Of a DNA stretch of 64,000 bases, positions 1 through 10,952 are shown piece by piece. Source of the stretch: Candidatus Multivoradales bacterium. Its GTDB lineage: Bacteria > Acidobacteriota > Thermoanaerobaculia > Multivoradales > JAHEKO01. The DNA is taken from assembly GCA_965223155.1 (NCBI GenBank), contig CBDCVR010000014.1:160001-224000 (forward strand), in the 5' to 3' direction. Under the pieces are notes generated by a model, which was not told where the DNA came from, did no database searches, and saw only the letters and a program-made list of their open reading frames with translations. The translations under genes and the position numbers were made by a program. Position 1 is the first letter of the stretch; each line of letters begins with the position of its first letter.

Positions 1-366
1 AAGGGGCGCGAGCCCGGGCTGCTTGCGTGGGTTACCCCAGAAGCAGTGCGGTTCCACAGTTTTTGGGGCGGGTTCGGCGAAATCACAGGTGACGAATGGG
101 CGGCTCAGATCCAGTACGCACAAGACAAACTTGGGGCACAGAACTGGCTGCTCGCAGCGCATGGGCACCCGAGCAAGCAAGCAGAATATAGTGCGGCGGA
201 TCAGAAGGTGGCGAACTACTTCTTCGAGCTCGGCATGTTTTTCTACTCGGCGGCTGAGGGTGGCGTCGGAGATGCGTTCGGCCGCACATTTTCCTGGGCG
301 AGCCTTAATGTTCACTCCTCCACTCCACGCAAGGCGTGCGTTGAGAACAAGATGATTCCCAAGTAG
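1..366 (+). CDS. C-terminal part of an Rhs toxin with JAB/MPN (JAMM) domain, cut by the window edge
   Basis: Frame open from base 1 (KGREPGLLAW...). Exact HxH-x7-S-x2-D motif HGHPSKQAEYSAAD at 160-201. Resembles the toxin at 5005-5658 (GKEP...AHGHPS). Confidence 0.7.
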   Translation, partial: KGREPGLLAWVTPEAVRFHSFWGGFGEITGDEWAAQIQYAQDKLGAQNWLLAAHGHPSKQAEYSAADQKVANYFFELGMFFYSAAEGGVGDAFGRTFSWASLNVHSSTPRKACVENKMIPK

Positions 367-384
367 ATCGAGAGCGCCTAGGGA

Positions 385-1476
385 ATGCCAAGACGAGCGA
401 GACTCTTTTTCGGAGCCGTGAGCCTGCTGTACTCAATCGCAGCGATCGGGGCTACGGAGGAGCCTTGTCTTGAGATTGGGTGGACCCTGAAGAGGGGCGA
501 ATCGAGTCCGGAGGTGTCGCCAGTCCCGGTCGCATCAGTCCTCCCGCGACTCAGTGAACTGAATCCTTACGGACCGCACCAGGTGCTGAGAGGCTATCTG
601 GCGAACAGGTCCCGGCTGTGCCCAGAGTTGCTTGCGCTTGATGATACCGGAGATTCGACGTGTCTCAAGCTCAAGACAGAGCACTTCGTAGGAGCCGCTT
701 TCGATCATGTGCTGGACCAATGGGACGGTGAGCTGGTCGATGTCACTGGAAGCGTCACAGTGGAGGGCGGCTATTTCCGACGGCAGGCATGGTCACTGAT
801 CGTTGGAACGATTCGGCCGGTGTCACGGAGTCCGTCCCTCGCCTTCTGTAGGGACTATGACGGCCCCCTGGAGGCCGCCCCGAGAGATCGTTTGTACGAG
901 AGTCGTTGGGATCGATACCGATACTTGGAAAGCGAGCTCGCAGATGGGTCGAAAGCCTTCTTGCATCCCCGAAAGTCGCTCGTGGGACGCTTCCCAAAGA
1001 ATCCGACTCGGCATTCCAAGTCTCTAGAGACGATTGACTTATCCCCTCCGGCACCGTTCACAGGACGGGATGTCGTAAAGATGGAGGCGTTAGTTTGGGG
1101 ACGATTTTTCTACCAACTAAGAGACGACAGAGCCTACATTTGGGACCAAGGTGCTATTCGCGCGTTGGAGCCATGGCCGATATCGGAAGTTTCTTTCGGC
1201 GAGCCCGAAGGCGTCTTCTACTACTACACGGAGCCGGCGACGGATTCCGGAGAACCGGCAACTCAGTACGTCAAACTTCTGGACCGTGAACTAAAAAAGC
1301 ACGTGTTATGGCAGTCGACCGAGTTCGCCGTGCACGAGTGGGAATTTTCTGATGGGCTCGAGTTGACGATCCGAAGGGTCCCCGACGAGCACAAGATCAA
1401 GATCGAGTTGCCAGAGACTCCGCGAATTCTGGAAGCAATTCCTGCTTGCCAAGCCACCGACCGTGATCCTGGCTAG
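385..1476 (+). CDS. Putative exported immunity protein (OB-fold-like domain + beta-rich C-terminus)
   Basis: N-terminal signal-peptide-like segment; directly after toxin stop; paralog of 5668-6825 (LDQWDGELVDVTG/LGQWEGELLDVGG, AFCxDYxGPLEA). Confidence 0.7.
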   Translation: MPRRARLFFGAVSLLYSIAAIGATEEPCLEIGWTLKRGESSPEVSPVPVASVLPRLSELNPYGPHQVLRGYLANRSRLCPELLALDDTGDSTCLKLKTEHFVGAAFDHVLDQWDGELVDVTGSVTVEGGYFRRQAWSLIVGTIRPVSRSPSLAFCRDYDGPLEAAPRDRLYESRWDRYRYLESELADGSKAFLHPRKSLVGRFPKNPTRHSKSLETIDLSPPAPFTGRDVVKMEALVWGRFFYQLRDDRAYIWDQGAIRALEPWPISEVSFGEPEGVFYYYTEPATDSGEPATQYVKLLDRELKKHVLWQSTEFAVHEWEFSDGLELTIRRVPDEHKIKIELPETPRILEAIPACQATDRDPG

Positions 1477-1480
1477 GGTT

Positions 1481-3450
1481 CCAAGACCACGAGCTTCGCC
1501 CGGGGTCCCTACCAATACACCTCGGCCTACGCCTACACCGACGGCGGCGCCATCGGCTCTGTCACCTATCCGACCTGTGACGCGGGCTTTGCCTGCCCCG
1601 CCACCCCCGAGCCCGCCCGCACCGTCTCCTACACCTACGAGCAGGGGCTGCTCCGCCAGGTCCCGGGCTGGACCAATACCATCACCTACCATCCGACGGG
1701 CGCCTGGAGCCAGATGCCCCGGGTCAACACCGTTACCGACGGCCGCGACTCCGACCCGGCCTCACCCGACCGTCTCAACCGCTTCCACGCCTCCTCGCCT
1801 TCCACCGGAGCCTCCTGGGACTCCGGAACCATGGCCTACGATGGCTCGGGCAACTTGAAGTCCATCGGCGCCGACACCTACACCTACGATCAATCCTCGC
1901 GCCTCCTCTCCGGCACCGCCGGCGGCGAGCGCCAGGACTACACCTACGACGCCTTCGGCAACATCACCCAGATCGCCCATACCGATGCCGGTGGCACCCT
2001 GACCACCCGCTCCATCGGGGTCGTGCCCTCGACCAACCGGTTGTCCGTCGCCACCTACGACGCGGCCGGCAACCTCACCTCCTGGGCCGGCAACACCTAC
2101 ACCTGGGACGCCCTGGGATCGCTGGTCCAGTTCAACGGCGGCCAGAACGGCGGCGGCACCTACCTCTACGACGTCGAAGACCGGCGGGTCGCCGTCTTGA
2201 AAAGCCCTGACAACTCCGCGGCCGCCAAAGACGAGACCTACATCCTCCGGAGCCTGGCGGGCCAGACCCTGCGCGAGTTCACCGTCACCGGGATCGACAG
2301 CCCCGCCACCCGGGCCTGGCAGAAGGACTACTTATACGCCGCCGGCAACCTCCTTGCATCCGTCAAGACCGATGGCGCAGGAGGCGAAGACATCCGGCAC
2401 TACCACCGCGACCACCTGGGGAGCCCGCGCTTGATTACCGACGCGTCAGGCTCCGAGGTCGGACGGCGAACCTATCTCCCCTACGGCGAAATGGTCACCG
2501 ACACCGCCTCCGACGAGACCCACAAATACACCCTCCACGAGCGCGACGAAAACTTCGCCGGCACCGACGACGACCTCGACTACATGCTGGCCAGGTACTA
2601 CTCCCCGCACTTGGGAAGGTTCCTAAGCTGCGATCCCGAGAGGGGACGGGCGGAGCGGTTACAGACGCTGAACCGGTACGCCTACGCGTGGGGGAACCCG
2701 GTGAAGCATGTGGATCCGGATGGGAAGGATCCGTGTAATGTGATCTACACCAAGGACGGCGGTGTGTATTTTGAATGCGGAGGCTCCACTACTGCAAGCT
2801 CCGGGGAAGAAGAGAAGAAGGGCAACCCGGGACTACCCGGCGAGCCCTGCAATTTCTCGGTGGACGGGGTGGAGATGGGCACCTGCGGTGACGACCCTGT
2901 CGAGCTCTCGCTGATGGACCGTCTGCAGCAGATGCAGGAACATGGACAGCCATGTAAGACGTTTGAGGGCAAGGGACAGTGGGCTGGTTCCTGGAACTGG
3001 GTGATCGGTTCACAATCGGAGCACGCACTAAACGCCATGCAGCACCTCCTTCAGGTTTCCTATGATTCCGGAGGCAATTTCGCAGAATATGGGATGTACG
3101 CCTATTTGGATCCGAGTGGCCAAATCCGATTCTCTCAGCCGGTGACCCAGGGTGATCCAGAGCGAGTGTTCATCGATGTTGCGCCAGAGCACCAAGGCAC
3201 GCTTTTGTTTGCTGTTCACACGCATCCCAAAGGGCGGACTACGAGCGGGAGCCTGTTCGGTCGTGCAGGCGACGCTGCGTGGGCCGACTTTTGGACGGCG
3301 CCCATCTTCTCCGCATCCTCAGCAGGCGGCATCGCCATGGTCACTCAGAAGCTCACGGGCGGACGGGGCGAGGCTTCGGCCGCGTGGGCGTATTTTGGCC
3401 GAGGGCCGAACGGTGAACCCGTAGCCTTCCCAGCGTGTAATGGACGTTGA
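1481..3450 (+). CDS. Orphan Rhs cassette A: 5'-truncated Rhs core + JAB-like C-terminal toxin (2725-3450)
   Basis: YD repeats, HRDHLGSPR, ARYYSPHLGRFLS, NPVKHVDPDG. CT has AEYG...VHTHP...AGD. Core homology begins at 1481 with no genuine start; first in-frame ATG at 1714. Confidence 0.85.
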
Positions 3451-3524
3451 TGCAATCCGAGAGCACGCCCTCAGGCGACTGTCAATCCGACCGAGAGGAA
3501 ACTCGGGTGCATAGGAGCAGTGGC

Positions 3525-4304
3525 ATGTCGCACCTTCGTCAGGTCGCGCTCGAGCACGTTGTCCTCTTTAGCCTCATGCTTCTGAGTAGCATGCTGATCG
3601 TTCCCTTGGGTTTGCGAGCGGTCCCGGTCGCCGTTGCGGCTTGGGTGGGGATCTTCGTACTACTCGTTCGCCCCGCTTGGGCGTATCTCTTCTTGCTTGC
3701 ATGGTGCCTCTTGACGTTCGGTGTTCGGTATGACGACTATCTGTTTAAGTTCTCATCGCCAATCTTGGCTACCGTTCCGTTGGTGATCCATCTAGTCCTT
3801 TCCTGGATTTGGTGGCAGACCGGCCGAGCCGAGGGCTCGCTCGCCAGCCGTAGGCGCTTATGGCAATACTTGGGTATCGGGCTCCTCGGTACATTCACGT
3901 TCTCCAGCCAGTACTGGTTAGGCGAACCTCGGGAGCCAATCGCTGTTGCGGCGCTCATGGCGTTCTTTCTCCTCATCTTTCAGATCGTGTTGCTGGCAAG
4001 TTTCTGGGCACGGGATCCCTGGCCCGCGATGACTCCGTTACGACTCACGACATGGCTTGTCGGATGGTACTTGTCGTACTTCTTGGTCGAAATGCAAGAC
4101 GGGTTCATTGTGAAGTTGCCTGCGGCTGTCACCGTCGCCTTCTTTGTTGGAAGCTTTCTGGTCCAGGCTTCCGCCTACCGAACGCTTGCTCGCGAGTTCC
4201 ATGAAAGACGCGGCTGGCGGGCGCTCTATGTCGCAACGGTAACCATCGCTGTACAGATGTCGTTTGCCGTCTTCGTTTTCTGGCGCGTCTACCTGGTCTA
4301 CTAG
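3525..4304 (+). CDS. Multi-pass membrane protein, putative immunity protein
   Basis: Several hydrophobic helices. AGGAG before the ATG at 3525 gives 259 aa, the same length as paralog 27921-28700 (WLVGWYLSYFLV shared). Confidence 0.7.
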   Translation: MSHLRQVALEHVVLFSLMLLSSMLIVPLGLRAVPVAVAAWVGIFVLLVRPAWAYLFLLAWCLLTFGVRYDDYLFKFSSPILATVPLVIHLVLSWIWWQTGRAEGSLASRRRLWQYLGIGLLGTFTFSSQYWLGEPREPIAVAALMAFFLLIFQIVLLASFWARDPWPAMTPLRLTTWLVGWYLSYFLVEMQDGFIVKLPAAVTVAFFVGSFLVQASAYRTLAREFHERRGWRALYVATVTIAVQMSFAVFVFWRVYLVY

Positions 4305-4365
4305 CCTGACGGACACCTCCTCGACTGCGACGAAAACTTTACCGGCGAGGCCGTTGCCGGGGGCT

Positions 4366-5658
4366 GCCGGCAACACCTCCACCTGGGACGCCCTGGGGTC
4401 GCTGGTCCAGTTCAACGGCGGCCAGAACGGCGGCGGCACCTACCTCTACGACGTCGAAGACCGGCGGGTCGCCGTCTTGAAAAGCCCTGACAACACCGCG
4501 GCCGCGAAAGACGAGACCTACATCGTCCGGAGCCTGGCGGGCCAGACCCTGCGCGAGTTCACCGTCACCGGCCCCACCAGCCCCGCAACCCGGGCCTGGT
4601 CCAAGGACTACTTATACGCCGCCGGCAACCTCCTTGCATCCGTCAAGACCGATGGCGCAGGAGGCGAAGACATCCGGCACTACCACCGCGACCACCTGGG
4701 GAGCCCGCGCTTGATTACCGACGCATCAGGCTCCGAGGTGGGCCGGCGGACCTATCTCCCCTACGGCGAAATGGTCACCGACACCGCCTCCGACGAGACC
4801 CACAAATACACCCTCCACGAACGGGACGAGAACTTCGCCGGCACCGACGACGACTTGGACTACATGCTGGCCAGGTACTACTCCCCGCACCTGGGAAGAT
4901 TCCTAAGCTGTGATCCGGAGAGGGGACGGGCGGAGCGGTTGCAGACGCTGAATCGGTATGCGTATGCGTGGGGGAATCCGGTGAAGAATGTGGATCCGGA
5001 TGGGAGGGATCCGTGTACAACGACCACCCAGGTAACAGTAATCTTCCCCGACGGTTCGACACAGGAATATACGGAAACCAAGGTCGACGAAGAATGTCGA
5101 GTTCAACAGGACTGGGACAACCGTTGTAATGACCCAGTCCTCCGCCGGGCTGACCCAACTTGTACGAGCGATTCGTTTACTGAAAATGAAGAATTGCACG
5201 GCGACTTGGAACTTGAAGACTTCGAGAACCGCACTCGCGAGCAGGCAACCGCGGTAGTTGGCCTACTCGACTGCCTCCGACAGGCAACCGCAATCGCCGG
5301 GGGAAAGGAGCCGTTCTTTGCACTTTTCCGCCACAACGGAAGGCTTAACATCGCCCACAACCCCGGTGTCCAAGTCGGCGCGGCGGACATCAAAGGTTTC
5401 CTAACAAACCTTTTCGATCAGTATCCTGGTGCGGAGGTCGCGCTCGTCGCTCACGGTCACCCGTCGGGGGACGGTACTCTTTCTCAGGACGACCTAGAGA
5501 TTGCCTTCGCGGCCTGGGGTGGATGGGAGTTCCTCGGAGTCGGGGAGAACGGGGTGGGAACATTGTGGGGAGGCCTAATGGGTTGGCAAGGGCTTGGACG
5601 GACCCAAGCTAGTTCCCTTGAGGACTGCGAGAGCATGGGATTCAAAATGCGGTGGTAG
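4366..5658 (+). CDS. Orphan Rhs cassette B: short core + JAMM toxin (5005-5658)
   Basis: Core homology from ~4366; NPVKNVDPDG; CT GKEP...HGHPSGDGTLSQDD = HxH-x7-S-x2-D. Confidence 0.85.
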   Translation, partial: AGNTSTWDALGSLVQFNGGQNGGGTYLYDVEDRRVAVLKSPDNTAAAKDETYIVRSLAGQTLREFTVTGPTSPATRAWSKDYLYAAGNLLASVKTDGAGGEDIRHYHRDHLGSPRLITDASGSEVGRRTYLPYGEMVTDTASDETHKYTLHERDENFAGTDDDLDYMLARYYSPHLGRFLSCDPERGRAERLQTLNRYAYAWGNPVKNVDPDGRDPCTTTTQVTVIFPDGSTQEYTETKVDEECRVQQDWDNRCNDPVLRRADPTCTSDSFTENEELHGDLELEDFENRTREQATAVVGLLDCLRQATAIAGGKEPFFALFRHNGRLNIAHNPGVQVGAADIKGFLTNLFDQYPGAEVALVAHGHPSGDGTLSQDDLEIAFAAWGGWEFLGVGENGVGTLWGGLMGWQGLGRTQASSLEDCESMGFKMRW

Positions 5659-5667
5659 GAGATCGGT

Positions 5668-6825
5668 TTGAACTTAAGAAAACTCATTTGGGCCGCGGTT
5701 CTTCTGCTCGCTCCGAGCGGTTTGTTTGCAGATGAAAAGTGCGTCGCTTCCGAGCAGGGGCTTGTCTGCACCTTTCCGGTGGATAAGGACTCGCCACTAG
5801 TGGACGTTCAAGCTCTGCGGTGGGGCTCGATTGAGTCGATAGAACATTCGTTCCCCGACAAGGCCGAGGCTTGCGGACGATTGGAATCGTCCCAATTGCC
5901 CGGTGAGCGATTCCCATTCGTCAGTGACCAAGACTCGCAAGTGGCGGTGCTCGAAGCCCTACAACGGCGTTTCGTGTTGCAGGGCGTTGGCCTTGTGGTC
6001 CGAGGTACCCTAGTGAAGACGTCAGGCGACTGGCTGTGCGCAGATGGAGTTGGTCCAGGCAAGGCGGCCGAAGGGCTTTGTATTCGGATCGACGTTGAAC
6101 CTATCAACTCAGGTCCCCATGTCGCCGAGACACTTGGCCAATGGGAAGGCGAGCTCTTGGATGTAGGTGGGTGGATTACGATGCCGACGCGGGGGCACTT
6201 GGCGGCCGGATCGTGGGTCCTCGAGGCGTGGTCGATCGTTCCGGTGACACGGCCTCCTTCACCAGCTTTCTGTGAGGACTACATAGGCCCTCTGGAGGCC
6301 TCGCCGGTAGAGGCTAGCTACGATTGGGCAAGGAAAACGTACCGACCTGCCTTTCGGCTGGGGGATGGCCCTCGTGTCCACCTTCACCCTAGGCGGGCAG
6401 AAGTCGGTCTGTTCGGAACGCCTGGGTCTGAGCGCCCTGGCGAGACGATTAGGTTCTCGGTGCCCGAACCCTATTCAGGACGCGATGTCCGGTCTCTCGC
6501 TCTCATCGATAGGTCACGACTCGTGTTTCTGCTCCGCAACGAGGAGTTGTGGCTGTGGGACGGAGGCCGTCTTGAACAGTTGTCCGGCCGGCAGGTCCGC
6601 TCGCTCTGGACAGCGGGCGAGGCCGCATTCTATTTGATGCAACAAAGCGTCGAGGGCGGCTTTTTTTCCCGCGTTGTTCGGCTGAGTCGCGACCTTGAGC
6701 AGACGACGATTTGGGAAGGAACGCTGAACGGAGAGATTGAGGACTGGTCTGGGGCGCCTGACTCGAGCGCCCTTTACTTGATGATCGATCCCGGCCCGCG
6801 GGTGGTAAAGGTCGCGCTGCCCTAG
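5668..6825 (+). CDS. Putative exported immunity protein
   Basis: Signal peptide (MNLRKLIWAAVLLLAPSGLFA); paralog of 385-1476; follows toxin B. Confidence 0.7.
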   Translation: MNLRKLIWAAVLLLAPSGLFADEKCVASEQGLVCTFPVDKDSPLVDVQALRWGSIESIEHSFPDKAEACGRLESSQLPGERFPFVSDQDSQVAVLEALQRRFVLQGVGLVVRGTLVKTSGDWLCADGVGPGKAAEGLCIRIDVEPINSGPHVAETLGQWEGELLDVGGWITMPTRGHLAAGSWVLEAWSIVPVTRPPSPAFCEDYIGPLEASPVEASYDWARKTYRPAFRLGDGPRVHLHPRRAEVGLFGTPGSERPGETIRFSVPEPYSGRDVRSLALIDRSRLVFLLRNEELWLWDGGRLEQLSGRQVRSLWTAGEAAFYLMQQSVEGGFFSRVVRLSRDLEQTTIWEGTLNGEIEDWSGAPDSSALYLMIDPGPRVVKVALP

Positions 6826-6894
6826 CGGCGGCACCTATCTCTACGAGGTCGACGACCGGCGCGTGGCGGTCTCTGAGGAGCCCGACAACATCGC

Positions 6895-9195
6895 GGCTTC
6901 CTGCTGCGCGAGAAGCATCCCGAGAAGGGCGCGTCCGGCAATGGCTCGGTCTTCTATTACGACTACGATCCCTCGGGCAAACCCGGCCGGATGGTCGATG
7001 GCCCGAATCACCTGGGCTATAGCTACGACTCCCTGGGACGCGTTCTCGCCGTCGTCGACAAGAACAACGCCGACCGGCCACTGAAGGAGTACGTCTACGA
7101 CACCGCCCCGGGCCGCGGCGCCGGCAAGCTCGCCCAAGCCACCCGGCACAACTACGTCACCCTCCCCTGGGACGCGACCGAGACCGACGCCTGGGTGACC
7201 GACCTCTACGACTACTCCGGCACCGCCGGAGCGCCCTCGGCCAAGACCACGAGCTTCGCCCGGGGTCCCTACCAATACACCTCGGCCTACGCCTACACCG
7301 ACGGCGGCGCCATCGGCTCTGTCACCTATCCGACCTGTGACGCGGGCTTTGCCTGCCCCGCCACCCCCGAGCCCGCCCGCACCGTCTCCTACACCTACGA
7401 GCAGGGGCTGCTCCGCCAGGTCCCGGGCTGGACCAATACCATCACCTACCATCCGACGGGCGCCTGGAGCCAGATGCCCCGGGTCAACACCGTTACCGAC
7501 GGCCGCGACTCCGACCCGGCCTCACCCGACCGTCTCAACCGCTTCCACGCCTCCTCGCCTTCCACCGGAGCCTCCTGGGACTCCGGAACCATGGCCTACG
7601 ATGGCTCGGGCAACTTGAAGTCCATCGGCGCCGACACCTACACCTACGATCAATCCTCGCGCCTCCTCTCCGGCACCGCCGGCGGCGAGCGCCAGGACTA
7701 CACCTACGACGCCTTCGGCAACATCACCCAGATCGCCCATACCGATGCCGGTGGCGCAACGACCACCCGCTCCATCGGGGTCGTGCCCTCGACCAACCGG
7801 TTGTCCGTCGCCACCTACGACGCAGCCGGCAACCTCACCTCCTGGGCCGGTAACACCTACACCTGGGACGCCCTGGGATCGCTGGTCCAGTTCAACGGCG
7901 GCCAGAACGGCGGCGGCACCTACCTCTACGACGTCGAAGACCGCCGCGTGGCGGTCTTGAAGAGCCCCGACAACTCCGCGGCCGCCAAAGACGAGACCTA
8001 CATCCTCCGGAGCCTGGCGGGCCAGACCCTGCGCGAGTTCACCGTCACCGGGATCGACAGCCCCGCCACCCGGGCCTGGCAGAAGGACTACCTATACGCT
8101 GCCGGCAACCTCCTTGCATCCGTCAAGACCGATGGCGCAGGAGGCGAAGACATCCGGCACTACCACCGCGACCACCTGGGGAGCCCGCGCTTGATTACCG
8201 ACGCGTCAGGCTCCGAGGTGGGCCGGCGGACCTACCTGCCCTACGGCGAGATGGTGACCGACACCGCCTCCGACGAGTCCCACAAATACACCCTCCACGA
8301 ACGGGACGAGAACTTCGCCGGCACCGACGACGACCTCGACTACATGCTGGCCCGCTACTACTCCCCGCACCTCGGGCGCTTCCTAAGCTGCGATCCCGAG
8401 AGGGGACGGGCGGAGCGGTTACAGACGCTGAATCGGTATGCGTATGCGTGGGGGAATCCGGTGAAGCATGTGGATCCGGATGGGAGGAAACCAAAGAAGG
8501 GCGATGCGAAAGGGAAGACTGCTGAGCCTGATGATCGCGTAGAGAATGGTGATTCAGGGGGCAGCGGTGGTGACGATCCAATCGATATCTTTTCTGGCTA
8601 TATCGACGTAGTCGGGAAATTCCACCCACTTCATTTCTCGGGATTCTTCGGAGGAAGCGGTGGCTTAGACAGAGAGCTGAGAAAACGCAATGAACAGGTA
8701 GGGGGCGGTAACAAGATCGCACTTCTCACTTCTATTGCACTGCGAGTGATAGATCGGGAGGCAAATCTTTTCGGCTGCGTCGCTCACAAGGATCTGAACG
8801 ACGGAGCAAGGGTGGAATGGGGTGGACTGCTCCGTGACGACAAGCGCACAACCGACAACCAGCCAATAGGACACTACGTTGGAACAAGTGGTGATTTCCA
8901 AGGCGTCACTTTCGACGCGCCTCCCACCGGGAACCTGCTGTATGTACATACTCACCACACCGGATCCGGAGTAACGGCGGGTGATCGAGAACTCTCGAGG
9001 CGTCTGGGAGGCATTCCCGTGTTCAATATTTCGATTAGCGGAAACCAAGTGGGTGACGTCACCGTCTTCCTAGCAGGGGACGGACTACCGAAGTCCGGTA
9101 TCAACCTCGGCGGCGTGCCATTGCCGGTCGATCAGGGCGCCTGCGATAGTCTGACTGGAGGCACTGGCCCCGGTGATCTCCTAGGAGATCTCTAG
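6895..9195 (+). CDS. Orphan Rhs cassette C: truncated core + JAB toxin (8485-9195)
   Basis: Core from GFLLREKHPE (~6895; ATG at 6991); DPDG; CT VEWGG...HTHHTGSGVTAGD. Confidence 0.85.
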   Translation, partial: GFLLREKHPEKGASGNGSVFYYDYDPSGKPGRMVDGPNHLGYSYDSLGRVLAVVDKNNADRPLKEYVYDTAPGRGAGKLAQATRHNYVTLPWDATETDAWVTDLYDYSGTAGAPSAKTTSFARGPYQYTSAYAYTDGGAIGSVTYPTCDAGFACPATPEPARTVSYTYEQGLLRQVPGWTNTITYHPTGAWSQMPRVNTVTDGRDSDPASPDRLNRFHASSPSTGASWDSGTMAYDGSGNLKSIGADTYTYDQSSRLLSGTAGGERQDYTYDAFGNITQIAHTDAGGATTTRSIGVVPSTNRLSVATYDAAGNLTSWAGNTYTWDALGSLVQFNGGQNGGGTYLYDVEDRRVAVLKSPDNSAAAKDETYILRSLAGQTLREFTVTGIDSPATRAWQKDYLYAAGNLLASVKTDGAGGEDIRHYHRDHLGSPRLITDASGSEVGRRTYLPYGEMVTDTASDESHKYTLHERDENFAGTDDDLDYMLARYYSPHLGRFLSCDPERGRAERLQTLNRYAYAWGNPVKHVDPDGRKPKKGDAKGKTAEPDDRVENGDSGGSGGDDPIDIFSGYIDVVGKFHPLHFSGFFGGSGGLDRELRKRNEQVGGGNKIALLTSIALRVIDREANLFGCVAHKDLNDGARVEWGGLLRDDKRTTDNQPIGHYVGTSGDFQGVTFDAPPTGNLLYVHTHHTGSGVTAGDRELSRRLGGIPVFNISISGNQVGDVTVFLAGDGLPKSGINLGGVPLPVDQGACDSLTGGTGPGDLLGDL

Positions 9196-9197
9196 TC

Positions 9198-10082
9198 ATG
9201 CATCTCTTCTTGTTCTTAGCTCTTCTCTCCGGCTCCCCGCTCCTGAGAGGTGGTGAGCACTTGAAGACACCGGGCTTAGTGCAGTTGCTCGTAGAACCTC
9301 AGAAATTCGAAGGACAGCGAGTCCTGCTTACCGGTGTCCTGGTTCTCGAAGGCGGGACCAATCGCCTGTGTCTAACCCGTGAACACGCGCACCTTGCGCT
9401 CGGGGACTACTGTTTGGACTTGGAGATTCACCAGCGTGCTTCGCCGAAAGGAGCGGCGCAATTCGGCGAAGAGGCAGTTTCCGTGTCGCAGGCCAACCTT
9501 GAGTACGTGGAAATCCTGGGAATGTTCGTAGCCAAACCAGCGTCACGGGGACATCGCCTCGAGAGGATCGAGAAAGTCCGTCTGCTTGAGGCGGAGGGTC
9601 CTCTTCAACAGGAATGGAATTCCCAGAAACCAGACCTGAACTTGGATCACGCCTCAGATCCTGGTCGGCTCGCCCGCACCTCCAAGCGAGCCAACGGTCA
9701 TCGCTTGCTGGAAATCTTGGTGGCTCCTGAAGCCTTTGACAGGAAACGAGTTCGACTCACAGGGACTCTGATGATCGAGAGTGGCGCGAACAGGCTCTGC
9801 GTTTCTCGAGAGCATGCAGAGTTGATCCTGCCCGATTTTTGTATTGGTCTCTCCTTAGGAAAATCCGAAGAATGGCACGGCGACCTCGAGGCTTTCTTGG
9901 CGGAGATGGACGGTCTGGCTGAATCCAATTTGGAGTACGTAGAGATCGAGGGTCGATTTTCGACAGAAGGCCCGGTCGGACTCTCTGGTCACCTTGAGGA
10001 TGTCGCAACAATCATGTTCCTCGAGGTCCGCGACGGGCGGCACAAGCCGACCTGGCGGGGTCCACACCTAAGGCCTCAGTGA
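9198..10082 (+). CDS. Putative immunity protein with two tandem OB-fold-like domains
   Basis: Signal peptide; internal repeat LLVEPQKFEGQRVLLTG..NRLC..REHA / ILVAPEAFDRKRVRLTG..NRLC..REHA, and NLEYVEI occurs twice. Confidence 0.7.
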   Translation: MHLFLFLALLSGSPLLRGGEHLKTPGLVQLLVEPQKFEGQRVLLTGVLVLEGGTNRLCLTREHAHLALGDYCLDLEIHQRASPKGAAQFGEEAVSVSQANLEYVEILGMFVAKPASRGHRLERIEKVRLLEAEGPLQQEWNSQKPDLNLDHASDPGRLARTSKRANGHRLLEILVAPEAFDRKRVRLTGTLMIESGANRLCVSREHAELILPDFCIGLSLGKSEEWHGDLEAFLAEMDGLAESNLEYVEIEGRFSTEGPVGLSGHLEDVATIMFLEVRDGRHKPTWRGPHLRPQ

Positions 10083-10100
10083 TTCGTTATCACATCGGTA

Positions 10101-10952
10101 CCGGCTCGGGCGTGCCGGGCCTTGCAACTGTCGGAGTCGACGTACCGGTACCAGTCGTGCCGGCAGGAGCCCGAGGGGCTACGGAGCCGGCTCGTGAAGC
10201 TCGCAGCCGAGCGTCCACGGTTTGGTTACCGGCGTCTCCATGTGCTCCTGGTGCGCGAGGGCTTCCGGGTCAACCACAAGCGGATCCAGCGGATGTACCG
10301 GGAGGAGAGGCTCTCTGTGCGGCGCAAGAAGCGCAAGCGCGTAGCGCAGACGGCTCGTCTGCCGAAGGTCGTGCCCGAGCGGGTGAACGAGCGCTGGTCG
10401 ATGGATTTCATGGCGGACAGCCTGGGTGCGGGTCGCACCTTTCGGACCCTCAACGTGGTCGATGACTTCAGTCGCGAGTGCGTGGCGATCGAGGTCGACA
10501 CGTCTCTGTCGCGCGAGCGAGTGGCGTGTGTGCTCGACAGCGTGATTGCGGATCGCGGCAAGCCACAGAGCTTGGTGATGGACAATGGGCCCGAGTTTGC
10601 CGGCCGCGCTCTCGACGTCTGGGCCTATGAACGAGGCATCCAACTCGATTTCATTCGGCCGGGGAAACCGATCGAGAACTGTTTCGTCGAGAGCTTCAAC
10701 GGCAAGTTTCGTGACGAGTGCCTGAACCAGTGCTGGTTTACGAGCTTGCGCGACGCGCGCCGGGAGATCGAGCTCTGGCGACGAGACTACAACCAGGTGC
10801 GGCCCCACTCGTCGCTCGGGAACCTACCGCCCAGGGAGTTTGTACAAAGGGCGGCGCTTCGGTCACTTCCAGCGACCTCAGCGCCGCGTCAAGAACGACT
10901 ATGAACCGCCGGAAACTCTCACAAACACTGCGCGGAAACGGGGGTCAGGTCA
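10101..10952 (+). mobile_element. Truncated IS3-family insertion sequence (OrfB and right end only)
   Basis: OrfB motifs present; the end ...GGAAACGGGGGTCAGGTCA (10952) looks like an IS3 right end; no OrfA or left end visible. Confidence 0.8.
10122..10904 (+). CDS. IS3-family transposase OrfB (DDE/rve domain), partial
   Basis: RFGYRRL, NHKRIQRMY, WSMDF, DNGPEF, PGKPIENCFVESFNGKFRDECLN, YNQVRPHSSLG. Confidence 0.92.
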   Translation: MQLSESTYRYQSCRQEPEGLRSRLVKLAAERPRFGYRRLHVLLVREGFRVNHKRIQRMYREERLSVRRKKRKRVAQTARLPKVVPERVNERWSMDFMADSLGAGRTFRTLNVVDDFSRECVAIEVDTSLSRERVACVLDSVIADRGKPQSLVMDNGPEFAGRALDVWAYERGIQLDFIRPGKPIENCFVESFNGKFRDECLNQCWFTSLRDARREIELWRRDYNQVRPHSSLGNLPPREFVQRAALRSLPATSAPRQERL

